Below, one piece after another: positions 35,555 to 50,333 of a DNA stretch of 64,000 nucleotides (within the stretch, counting starts at the first letter, position 1; each line of letters opens with the position of its first letter). Source of the DNA: the human T2T-CHM13v2.0 reference genome, Homo sapiens; assembly GCF_009914755.1 (NCBI RefSeq), contig NC_060927.1, one strand, 5' to 3'. The position numbers and the translations under genes were made by a program. The notes below the pieces were generated by a model, which did not search any database, was not told the origin of the DNA, and saw only the letters and a program-made list of their open reading frames with translations.

Positions 35555-35913
35555 TAAACAAGAGAACCCATAAATGCATACAAGAAGATATGTGCAAGAG
35601 TATTAGAGCAGCACTGTTCATAAATAGCAAAAGAATATATGTATACACAAATAAAAAAATGAAAGGACAAAGAAGCTTAAAGTTACAGTTTATCAAGAGG
35701 AGTTAAACACATTTTAGCATATGTATGCTACTTAATACTATATAATAGTGAAAGCCAACGAACTAGAACTATACATAAAAACAAATAAACCTCACAAGCA
35801 TAATATTGTGCTAACAGCAAATGGAAGAAAAATGCATCAGTATATTCTATTCATATAAAATAAATTTAATTTTGCATAATGATTAAGAAATCCATACCTA
35901 TACAGAAAACTAT

Positions 35914-36658
35914 TGAAACCATCTTTGCAAAAATCCTAACAGTGAGAAGATTATGACAGTGTAAGGGAGATCCAACCAACTCTATCTTGCCTTTAACCTC
36001 CAAACTACTTTTCATCATTCCTGGATGCAGGTCAAGCTAATTTTAAGAGGAATTTATTGTAAAACTAATGAAAGACCACAAGTTTAGGAGGATGAGAGGA
36101 ACCGGAATACATAGTTAAATGATTGCCAGCCATTATTCTAGAAGTCACAAGATTTGTAACTTCCCCAGTTACTCCTGTAGATAACATCACTATTGTAGAA
36201 CTTAAGATTGGCCTTTTGAACGCCACTACACTCCAGCCTGGGGGACAGAGCGAGACTCCGTCTAAGAAAAAAATATATATATATTGGCCTTTTGAGATGT
36301 CTTTTCTGACTTTTGCATGCATTTCTGAAAACCAGATGACCCCACCTAGACCAGCGACTCCTCAGTGGTCTCCACCCAGAAGCCGACTAAGCACAGGAGG
36401 ACCATTTTGCACATCCCTATGACAGCATCCCCAACCAATCAGCAGCTCCCATACCCTAATCCCCTGCCCGCCAAACTGTCTTTGAAAAATCCTAGCCTCC
36501 ACATTTTTCAGGAGGCTGATTTAAGTCATAATAAAACTCCAGATCTCCCCTTTAGCCAGTTCTATGTGTATTAAGCTCTTTCTCTATTGTAATTTCCCAG
36601 TCTTAATAAATCAGTTCTATCTGTGCAGTGAGCAAGTATAACCTACTGGGCAGTTACA
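35914..36658 (+). mobile_element. LTR8A/B-type solo LTR
   Basis: TGAAACCATCTTTGCAAAAAT...GGGCAGTTACA. TSD CTAT. Homologous to, but diverged from, the neighbouring LTR8. Confidence 0.88.
36220..36282 (+). mobile_element. Extremely 5'-truncated Alu with TSD
   Basis: CGCCACTACACTCCAGCCTGGGGGACAGAGCGAGACTCCGTCT plus an A/AT tail, between two copies of ATTGGCCTTTTGA. Confidence 0.9.
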
Positions 36659-37035
36659 CTATGAAGAAGTGAATATGAATTATAAACAGCAAATCTATGA
36701 TCTTAGCTATCTCTGGGTGAGAGAGAAGCAAATGTGTTCAGGAATGGATACAGAAGCACTAAACTGTGATTGAAAATTGTACTATTAAGAAAAAAGATGA
36801 ACATATTCTTCTATAATATAAACAATCCACACTTAAATTTAAAATGCAAATATTATAATATTGTATATAAACTGAAAAAGTAATAACTTGTCTATTGGAA
36901 GGCATAACCATCAAAAAGCAAACATTGTGATGCATCCCACTAAATTATTATGAGTTGTATGGAAAACAAAAGTCCTGTAATTGTTTAATTAAAGAATAAA
37001 ATAATTTATAATCCAGTCAGTACAGAGGAATTGTG

Positions 37036-37985
<950 letters not shown>

Positions 37986-40059
37986 TTTGTAAATTCACAA
38001 AAGTAAATAAAGAATATATGATAAATGCTTTTATTAAGTACAGATTATTACAATTACAAAAATGAGGGATTTTTCATCTAACTTGATAGAGCAAAGAAAT
38101 CAAAAGGGAAGCAAATGCCTGTGTTAGACAATTGCTTGCACATTGCTGGTCAAATAGCCTAAAGACTAGAAAGAAAAACAAAAATAGACTGCATATAGCA
38201 AAAATAATTCACTCACTTGTAGCTATAGATTTCATTAATTTCTTACTAAGGCTTGTTTTTAATTTGATTGCAGCCTTAGTACCTTGGCACAGTATAATAT
38301 TGACAAAACAAAAATTAGACATTGTTCTCCATCTACTTTGAATCACCAATCATTCTTAACTATTTTTTAATGTAGAAATTTCCAATTAAAACAATATATT
38401 CAAATAGTATGTTTATATTTCTGAACTCGTTGATTAGAACTGACAACTGAAGTCAAAATACTGGTACCTAGAGTGGGCACACCAAATAATGAAGTAAGCT
38501 TTGATAGTTAAAGCAGCATTTCCCAGAGTGTAATGGATGCCTCTCCAATTGCTAATTGCTATGCATATCTTTAAAAATGTTTTCTGGTCACATGCATTTT
38601 GGAATCTTGGGTTAAACAATTTAGATAGGCTTAAGGTCCATAGGAATTCTCAAAGCCTTTTACATACTCATGTGCCTTATTAAACATTGGGTGGAGGGCA
38701 CATTGACAAGATTATGTTTATTTCCCAAACTTATTTGATAATGGAGACTTTACTTTCATTAACATTTGAATTACGTCTCAACTATGTTTTCATTAACATC
38801 TGAATTATGTCTCAACAAAGCTTACTTCTAATTGGGTATGGACATGCATAAACATGCCTAATATTTTAAAAGTTTAAGAAATTATGAAGTAATTGACCTT
38901 CATAGCCATTAAGGTATTTCAGCTTTCATTCAATTTAACATTTCAGCTTTCATTCAATCTAATATTTTAAAAGAAAGGGAATACTTATATCATTCAACCA
39001 ACCTAACATTATTATCTATCTGACTTTTGCTTAACTAAAACTTATAAAGAAATGTGAGAAGGTAAAGAACTTTCTAAAAACTAGAACCAAGAAAGGGAGC
39101 TCTCTGTTCCTGAGCATTTTTCTAACAGTGTTCTTACATTAAGTAACCCCTAGGTACATCCAATGTCTTGTTTGCCATAGGTAACAAGGGATCATAGAGA
39201 ATTTGATATCCACTTCCTTAATAGGTGTCTAAGTTAGGAAATGATTGGAAGCAATACAGCTAGATGATCATCGAATCTTTTCTTAACATGAATGTTTCTG
39301 CCAAAATCTACCTCAGTATTTGCACTACATAGTAATAATATGAATCTGACGTGGCTACAGGCTTTGGGATGCTTTAAATGTATTAGAATTCTAGACATAG
39401 ATGTTTTACTGTTAGATAAATAAATGTCAAATATGGCTAAATCATTCATTCTGAAATAGCTTAAGAAATGCTTAGACCTTCATACTGTATTCATATTATA
39501 TTCAGTGTTTTATATGATCTTTGAGAAATACCCTTACATTTCTGGAAAGACAATGGAATTTAAGAAATATACTATACAGACTTTAGGAGCAAATATTTTA
39601 ATCTATTCTATGTCTGGAAGTATTAATGACTTAAAGGATTAAGTCTATAAGTGTGTTACCCTTAAAGATAGTCTCATGGAACTGAAAGCTGCACTTGCGT
39701 CCACCACTAAACCAAGGTAAGTTGTTACTGTGGTAATGGTACACTGCAGCTCAATCTTTGCAGAAGTGTTTGCCATAGTTCTTTATTCCCAAATCTGCTT
39801 AGCTCACTAACCCCACTCTAAAAGAAACAGACATATAGAAATAATATAGGCTTCTTTTGAATCTTATTTACTAGAAAAATCTTGTTAACCACATCATACT
39901 CACCTCATTTTGCTTTATTATATTAAAGCTTCAGTAGTATTCCTATCAAAATTTCTATTACATTTCTATTAATTAAACTTTTTACAATTTTTCTTCCAAT
40001 ACAAATAGATTACTTCTGAATAGTATTACTCTACACAGTGGACTATCCACAGAGCCTGA

Positions 40060-40200
40060 GGCATGGTGTTTAAGCAGGGATTTTGAAAGCAAACAGTCTA
40101 ACTTCTCTACTTACCCACCTCACTGAATTATTGTGAGACTTCAACCCAGTAAAATGCTTAAAATAATGGCATATTGTAAATACTCAATAAATGTTGTTGT
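40060..40200 (+). mobile_element. MIR fragment
   Basis: GCATGGTGTTTAAGC...TTGTGAG...GTAAATACTCAATAAATGTT. Confidence 0.55.
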
Positions 40201-43200
40201 TTCATTACTAACAAAGAGGATTAGTTAGGGCTAACTATATCAGACAGTTCACAGTTCTCCAATGATTCACCATAATTTAATAATATTGTTACTTGATGCC
40301 AAAACTCCAGATGGTAACAAAATACTAATTTTACTTTCATGTTATTTTCTAGTAATTTCCATATGCATATATTTATCCATTCAATGTATGTCTTCTTTCA
40401 ATATAATGCACATTTTATAAGAGCAGAGACTTTTGATCATTGTTATATCTCCAATATTTCTGACCATTTCTGCATTTATTAAATTGTTGATAGACATTTC
40501 ATTAAATAACAAATAATAATTTTCCTCAGGACATTTGCCTGTAAAATGGGTGGAAAGGCCAAGAAGAAATTAAGGGAATTCTTGAATATTTAAAAGGAAA
40601 TGGGCATTCCTAATTTTTCCTTACAAAATTGTATTACAAAATAATAATATTCCAATCACAACCTGATGGCCAGACAGGTAGAGAGATCTAAATATTTTCT
40701 AAAATTTAACCAAGATTAATATTGGAAAGTAGAGGTATGTGTCACATTTTTTTGTCTTCTGGTGCAGTGATACTTTTATAGTTTCTACAAGGGGCAAATA
40801 TTACCTTTACAATAAGAAAAAATGTGCTCTAATAAATTAAAAGACAAAAAAGGATGATTTAACTCTCTAATACAATCTAAAATTTTTTAAATGAAATAAT
40901 GGATACCATAAAAATGTGTTACTATATTTTTTGTTTGTCAAACATCTGAAATTGAGATGAATTGAGATAATATCTGGTACCCAGGATACTTAGACATTCA
41001 ATTAGTCCACAATTACAGGTGGAAAAGTCTATGCCCAAACGGCAATGTATCATAGCCTAGCAAAGGGTATTTTTCCCCCAAAGTCATTGATATTATTTCT
41101 AGAATATTTGTGGAACATCTTTTGCCAAGGCAGAACATGACTGATTATAACCTACACTTTCTACCCAGGTCCACATTCATTACTTCACAAATGACAAAGT
41201 TATATGAGAGAAAGGAAAAGCAATGTGAGGGAAATGAAAGCAAATGTGCCACAAAGAATATTTCTCTAAAACTTAGTGCATAAGTGGCCAAATGTGCACA
41301 ATCACTTTTTTCTACATCAAGAGAATCCTGTGAACTGACATAAACCATGATTATCTAAACCCTTCTTGTATGCAAAGATAAAAGAATCCCAAAATGGGTT
41401 TAACTCAAAGAGAGGGATACCAAGGCACTGATCCTAAAATATGCTGCCATTAACCCACCTACATCATGTCTTCCCTTTCTTAAAAAAAGGGAAAATCAGA
41501 AATTAGAAGAGACTCAACTCTCCAATCCATTGTCTTTTATATTTCCCTTAAAGCACTGAAATAATTCCATGTATTTTTGTTTGCTTGTGTATTAACTCTT
41601 CTCTCACTAAAATATAAGCACTATGAAGGCAGAATATGAATTAGAATATAGTTCTACTGGATAATTATGTATTGAATAAACTCAAATTAATTAACAATAT
41701 GAACATGTGTTTGTAAGTATATGGAATTCCTTATATATACACTTTTACATGTGAGTGTGTGTGTATGTGTGTATAAAAGATGACCCCCATAATTATGATA
41801 ATGGACTGCATGAGCATTCTGTTTGCATTCTCCTGTACTGATACTGAAGCTGTACCCCCACTAGAATTCTGTAATCTAAAGACTCTACTACTAAACTCAA
41901 AATGTCACAGCCATGTGCTGGTTTATATTACTTCATGTAATAGTCATGGTCATATTATCACAGGTTGAAGATGAATGTGTATCTTGTATGTGTTCAATGT
42001 AAACCTCTCTTTTCTTTCTCTCCATCTCCTCCTGCTTTTGACTTAATCGAAAACAGGAAGGTACCATAAATCTGTGAAGGTTTTTTTCTTTGATCAATCT
42101 ACACTCTTTTACTGTAGTGCCTATTATATTGTAATAAAGTAGACTTTTATGCCTTATTTTAAAATGTTGTTAAAATAGTAATTCCCTTATTTTAGATTTC
42201 ATTCAAATGAATATAATAAACAAAATATTCCCTTTCTTACATTATGCTCACTGTTATAATCTTCTTAACCTTGATTTAAAAAACCATTTCAAGAACTATA
42301 TATAAACAGTATTGCAATGAATATCATTGTTTATATTATATTTGTTCCACAATAATAAAGGAAATCCTGTTTTAAGAGAGCTTACATAAAAGCAGTAGGA
42401 AAACTGCAATGCATTATAAATCATAAGCATAAAAACATCAACTTACACAGTGTCATACCTGATCTGCTGCATGACGAAATCTAGTCCAGGAAAGCACTGT
42501 GTGGACCAACATACCTCACACCAATAATTATCTCTGGGCATCTAAGTAACTTGGATATATCAGCTATACAATGAAAATACATCAAGCTGAATGCTTTCTC
42601 AGATAAAACAATGATATATTTTAGTATTTAGAAATGTTAACTAATTATAGTTACTTGAATTTCAAAGCTTTAAAAAGTATAATTTCAAATGACTTACTAA
42701 GCACTTTAAATTCAATTTATGTCAGTTATTTTTCTACCATTTTGCCAAGACTACTTCTTCAAATGTCTTAAGTTAAAAACTCTAATACTAGACTATTTAT
42801 AGGCATAGTAAGATTTTTCAGAGATAGCATGTAAAAATCTATACAATTGAATTAGTGATTTAATAATAAAAATAAGAAAAAATGAACTTTTTAAAGAGAT
42901 GTTTGTTTAAATATTCTAATTGGATTAATAAGCATAGTAATATGATTATATACAGGCATTTATATAGTAATTTAATACAAATGAAAATTATTTATATTAT
43001 TATTTAATAGTTCAATGTGTTGACTTTAAAATTCAGGTCAATCTATGTTTTCTATTATCCATTTTCATTCAAAATAGAAAAAATAAATGAGTTTGGCATT
43101 TTGGTATGTTTACTAATAGAAAACAATAACGGCAATACAATCAATGAATGATTCAGTTAAATGTAGGATTTGTTATGATTTTTTGAAGATATTAGACACA

Positions 43201-43461
43201 TCAGATTTAAATTCAATCTAAAAGTGTATATAAATCTTAGATGAGTTATTATATAGGCATTTTATAATTGCTTTTGAGCAACCTATAACCAAAGGTGTTT
43301 GCAGACTAGGCCTTAGATTTACACAGTCCCAGCTGCATTTTCATTCTTTAATAATATTAGTAGAACAAAATATTATTTAGAGTAATATTAAACAGTAATA
43401 CCAAACTAAATGCCTTAGCAGAATATAGACTTTTATTTTTTGCAAAAACAAGTAGCATTGA

Positions 43462-45170
<1,709 letters not shown>

Positions 45171-46012
45171 CACCTGTGCTCATCTTGCTCTGCTCATATC
45201 CATGGCCCAGGCAGGAGCCGGTTTAATCGACAATGTGTTCTTCCTAAACTTGTACAGAGCCTGAAGTTGTTCTGTGCCTGACTCAGGTTCAGTTCCGCTC
45301 TAGACCAAGGCTCACTACTGAACCGTTTTACAGCCTCTGCAACGGAGTCACCTCACTCTTTGCCCTGGAATGCCTAAAGAACAGCTTGCAGGCATCTAAG
45401 TCTACTCCCTTCTCACACTTAACAATACTCCAGAGAAATTTGGTAACATTACACTCCTTTTTCCTCCCTGCCTACCCATGGTTCAAAGCCAAAAAATTTG
45501 GTGCAGACACTCCTTCGGTTGAATTGGGGTAAGAGGTATTGGCAGGGACACTCAAAATGCCATGTCTTCCAAGAGTCTGAAATGTGAATAGGGTAAAGGT
45601 CACCTGCCACGTTCCCCTCAAATTACTTATTACATATGTCTGAAGGCTTCATTTCTTTTCGGTGACATCTTTCTTCTCCCCACAATGTATTAGAATAAAA
45701 GGAGTAAGTTTTTCTCCTTGACTTCAGCTTCATACCTAAAGTTTAATGGCAGGAAAACATGGAAGAGAAAGAGCAGCACAAGCTTATCTATAAAGGTGCC
45801 CAAAGTCAGTGGGTTTTTTTTAGTATTATCAATTATCATTAATGCTAATATTATTAATATTGATTATTAATATAATTAAGATTCATTTGGTTCAGATATC
45901 TATGTTTATGATTTAAATCTGAGTCTAAGGCCTAATAAATGATCTCATGCCCCTTAGTTCACCTGCTGACCTCATTCTCCCCTATTCCAAGAGTTATTAC
46001 CCAGGATTACTA

Positions 46013-46092
46013 TTGGGTTGGTGCAAAAGTAATTGTGATTTTCGCCACTGAATGTAATGGCAAAAACCGCAATTACTTTTGCACCAACCTAA
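46013..46092. mobile_element. MADE1 (Hsmar1-derived MITE)
   Basis: 80 bp with two 37-bp inverted repeats (TT(G/A)GGTTGGTGCAAAAGTAATTG...) and TA flanks. Confidence 0.95.
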
Positions 46093-46267
46093 TATTCATA
46101 GTAAAACACATGCACACACATACCCCACTACAATGTTACATTCTTTCAGAAATAATTGTGAGTTTTTGAATGCATGGAGTAGAGGTGGTTTTCATGTACC
46201 TAAATGCCAAAAATAATTCTCACTGATGAATCAAAGCTGCCAAAGTGTAAATAATAGCACATGTCAT

Positions 46268-46965
46268 TGTTACCAGGGCAGTGGGGGGTGGGGGTTGGTC
46301 CTTGCACCCAGAGCTCCCAAGATGGTGGTGGGCCGCTTCCAGGATGGTGATAAGCCTCATGTTCTCTGACCTGGGGTTCTTGACCTCATGGATTCCAAGG
46401 AATGGAATCTTTGGCCATGCAGTGAGTGTTATAGCTCTATTAGAAGCCGTGGGTCATGGAAGAGAACCGTGGAACCCAGTGACTAGTGTTCAGCTTGATT
46501 AGGATGAACCCAGGCACTTAGCCATGCAGGAACAATGGCAAGCCTTTAGCCCAATTGGGAGTGGCAATGGGTGCCTCACTGGATCAGGAGCACAGCGGAC
46601 ACCCTGCCGGATCCAGAGGGATGGTAGTCAGCAGCGGGTCTGCGACGGCAGCAAACAGCAGTGGTGGACAGCGATCAAAAGCTCAGCTCAAACCATAACA
46701 AACACAGACCAGAAAAGAGTGCAGTTGCAAGAGTGAAAACAGAGCTCCTATACAAAGGGAGGGGACCCAAAGAGGGTAGCCATTGCCAGCTCGAATGCCT
46801 GGGTTTATATCCTGATCATTGTCCCTCCCACTGTGCTCTCAGGCGATAGATGATTGTCTATTTCTTTACCTCCTGTTTTTGCCTAATGAGCATTTTTAGT
46901 GAGCTCTCTTTACTCCCTGATTGGTCAGGTGTGAGCTAAGGAAATCCAGCTAGTCCTGTCTCTCA
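46268..46965 (-). mobile_element. HERV-W 3' LTR (LTR17) with ~72-bp U3 and 9-bp poly(A)-signal deletions
   Basis: Minus strand begins TGAGAGACAGGACTAGCTGGATTTCC after the polypurine tract at ~46966-46980. Aligned by eye to the 5' LTR. Confidence 0.95.
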
Positions 46966-47023
46966 GTCCCCCCTCTCAACAGGAAACCCCAAGTGCTGTT
47001 GGGGAGATTGGCTGATGACTGCT

Positions 47024-48644
47024 CTAACTGCTTCCTGCTGAATTGGGGCATAGTAGGGGTTGTGCAGTTGAGATTTCCTCGGGAGGGGTGCCTTCAATGT
47101 CATTAACATTGGAGCATGGGCTAGCAGGCCAGTCCAGGGATCCGCAGTAGATTTTAGTCATGGGCTGCATCTGGGGCTCCATTTGAGGAACTATTTGTAG
47201 CTTTACAGCTTCAATTCTGGAAGAGACAAACTTAACAAGGAGGTTAAATATACAGGATCCTAAGAGTTGTAACAATATTATAGCTGCTAGAGGTTCTAAG
47301 AAGGGGAGAATCCAGGGCATCCATTGGCTGAGGAGGCCCCAGGGTCCAGTGTTTTGAAGCTCTTCTGCTCTATGTTGTATTCAATCTTGAATTTCTTTAA
47401 CTTTCTCGGTGACAATTCCAGATTGATTAACATAATAACAGCATTCTTCCCCTAAAAATAAACAGGTTCCCCCTCTTTCAGCAGTTAGCAAGTCTAAAGC
47501 GCTTTGATTTTGAAGGACTACTGCTGCTAGGGAGTTAAGTTGATCTTGCAAGGTGACGAGGGAGTTGGCAACCTGTTCCATGTCACCATTTAGTTCTTGA
47601 GATAGTTTGTAGTAGGACTGAGTAGAGGTTGTGATACCACCAATGCCAGAACCTAGTCCGCCTAGCACTCTTGCTCCGATAACAAAAGGAAGAATGGGTA
47701 CTCTTTTGTTGTGGGGCTTAGGTATGACATAATTGTATAAATCTTGTTCAGTGTAGATGGTCATAGGGGGCATGAAGAATGAGAGGAAGCACATAGATTC
47801 TGAAGAGCCATTCAAACGATAGGCTGAGGTACCACAGACAAAAAGTACTCCTGAGGGCAGGCAGACTATTTGTGTGGGAGGAGTTACCCACCTGATGCAT
47901 TGGGAGTTGGTTGTGTCTATTGCTAAATTTTACACAGGTGAGGTTTTGAGGTATGGGTTATTTCCAGATTGGAAACAAGAGGTCCTACTAAAATGGAAGT
48001 GATGTTTATTTCTGTGCTGAAGTTGTTCCATTGTTCAGGTACAGGGATTGAAATGTATGGCCTGAATTGCAGGGGGAGGCACATCCAACAGTTAGTAGGG
48101 TTTTGGGCCGAGACCTCATGGAGCCCAGTGAGGGTGGTATTAAATAAGCTTACCAGGAGAGTATGGATACTGAGGGTTTCATGTAGTTTTGAGAGATCTA
48201 GTCCTTTGTAGGGTCTAGGGGTGCTATGTACCAGGGTCAGTTGGGAGATTACTTCCTTTACGTGTTTTTCTCTTGCCTGATCTTGAACTCCACCCCCATC
48301 AGACATACTGGTAGGGGTGAAGTAAGTCCAACAGACAGTGGCTCCAAGTCCTCCAGGACAACAAGGATTAATCATTTTCCATGAACAATAATTAGTATTT
48401 GCATGCATGCAAAGAGTGGCAGCGTTATAGCAGTTGTAGGGCATATGGGTGTGGGCAGTGAAGGTGTGATTTCCCTTAGATAAACTCCTATATGATGGGG
48501 AATCAATATTTCCAGGAAGCTGCATTCTCCAAGAAACTCGTGGTAAGGGGAGCTACTGGTCATACAACAGCATGGAGTGAGTGAAGTGAGAGTGAAAGCA
48601 GGTAAGAGAATGGTAAAGAGAAAAATATGATAAGGGAGGGCTAT
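47024..48644 (-). pseudogene. env: HERV-W env (syncytin-1 paralogue), disrupted
   Basis: SDGGGVQDQAR motif, NKR/VPILPFVIG cleavage site and fusion peptide, LQNQSALDLLTAERGGTCLFLGEECC, C-terminus PNSAGSS. Start ATG mutated to ATA. Split over several ORFs. Confidence 0.95.
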
Positions 48645-48674
48645 GGGGATTTACGATTTTAGTTACTTTCCTCA

Positions 48675-49990
48675 CGGTTCTCTGACACAAGTCTCCTTTA
48701 GCAGTAAGTATGCCATTCACGTCGTGAGATGTCCACACAGTAAGATCTCTTCCCTGTAATATTTTAACTGCTTCAGATACTAAGACTGCTACTGCCACCA
48801 CTACCCATAAACAATGAGGCCAACCCTTTGCCACTACATCAATTTCCTTACTCAGGTATGCCATGGGTTGCAAGCTCGTCCCTTGGACCTGTGTAAGGAC
48901 TCTTAGAGCTATTCCTGTTCTTTTCTGTGACATATAAAGAAAACTCTTGCCCTGTTGGCAAGTTTAACACTGGGGCTTAGGTTAGGGCCTTCTTTAGGGC
49001 CTGGAAATCTGCTTCTGCTTCAGATGTCCATCTTACTAAGTGGGTATTGGCTTTCTGAGTTTCCTTAATTAGTGTATATAATAGGCTGGCTATTTCACTG
49101 TACCTAGGAATCCATATTCATCAGAAACCTGTTATGCCAAGGAACCCTCTTAGTTGCTTTAGGGTTTGGGGATGAGGATAAGCCAGTATAGGCTGGATAC
49201 ATTCCTCACTGAGGTCCCTGGTGCCTTTGGATAATTTTAGCCCTAAGTATTTAACCTGCTGTGAGCAGAGCTCAGCCTTTGGTTTAGAAACCTTGTAGCC
49301 ATGGGTAGCGAGGAAATTCAAGAATGCTTGGGTGGCTTGATGGCACAAGGTTTCTGAATGGGTGGCTAAAGGTAAATCATCCACATACTGAAGGACAAGA
49401 GTATCCAGGTATGAGAACTGGCTCAAGTCTTGGGCTAATGCCTGGCCAAATAGATGGGGGCTATCCCTGAACACTTGGGGTAAAATAGTCCAGGTGATTT
49501 GAGATGTTTCAACTCACCTGGGTTCCAAGGATCTTCAAAGGCAAACAAGAATTGAGATTCAGGGTGTACAGGGATGCAGAAAAAGCATCCTTAAGGTCCA
49601 GGACTGTAAACCACTCTGCTTCCTCTGGTATTTGGAAAAGCAGACTATAAGGGTTAGGTAGAGCTGGGTATAGAGGGACAATCGCCTCATTGATAATCCT
49701 GAGATCTTGCACCAATCTCCACTGTCTGTTGGGTTTCTGTACTCCTAAAATTGGAGTATTGCAGGGGCTATTGCATGGTTTTACTAGGCCTTGGGCTTTT
49801 AGGTCCTTAACAATCTTTTGGAGTCCTTGTTGGGCCTCAGGGCTAAGGGGGTACTGCCTTTGGTAGGGAAAGGAGGTGGAATCCTTTAGTTTAACTTGAA
49901 CAGGATGAGCATTCTTAGCTCATCCATGTTGTCCTTCTGTTGCCCAGACTTCAGGATTAATTCCTTCCTCAAGCAGGGGACAACAAACGG
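48675..49990 (-). pseudogene. pol: HERV-W pol (RT and connection only; RNase H and integrase deleted)
   Basis: VQDLRIINEA, WFTVLDLKDAF, LQYVDD, QVKYLG, LRGFLGITG, AYLSK. Frameshifted. Confidence 0.93.
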
Positions 49991-50333
49991 GTGTTCCTTC
50001 TCCTGTGTTCAGGTGTATAATGGCCCCTGCTTTTACTAGAATGTCTCTCCCTAACAAGGGAATGGGGCTTTCAGGCATAATTAGAAAAGCATGTGAAAAG
50101 AGTAAAGTTCCCCAGTCACAACTTAGTGGCTGGGAGAAGTATCTAGTGACTGGCTGTCCTAGGACCCCTCAGATAGTGACAGATCTGGAGGACAGTTGTC
50201 CAGGACAGGAGAGTAAGACTGAGAAGGCTGCACCAGTGTCCCGGAGACAATTAACCTCCTGGCCCTCAATGGTCAAGCATACATGAGGATCTGTGAGGGT
50301 GTTGGCATGGGCTGGTGCTTGCCCCAGGCACCC
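49991..50333 (-). pseudogene. pro: HERV-W protease
   Basis: Minus strand TGTCTCCGGGACACTGGTGCAGCCTTCTCA encodes C-L-R-D-T-G-A-A-F-S (aspartic protease DTG motif). Lower boundary approximate. Confidence 0.85.

Noticed and set aside
39168-39187. RFX X-box-like GTTTGCCATAGGTAAC
   Set aside because: Imperfect single motif with no supporting context.
48636-48650. APOBEC3G hypermutation (ATGG>ATAG at the env start)
   Set aside because: Isolated change. The other differences I inspected look mostly like CpG decay, and a full alignment would be needed.
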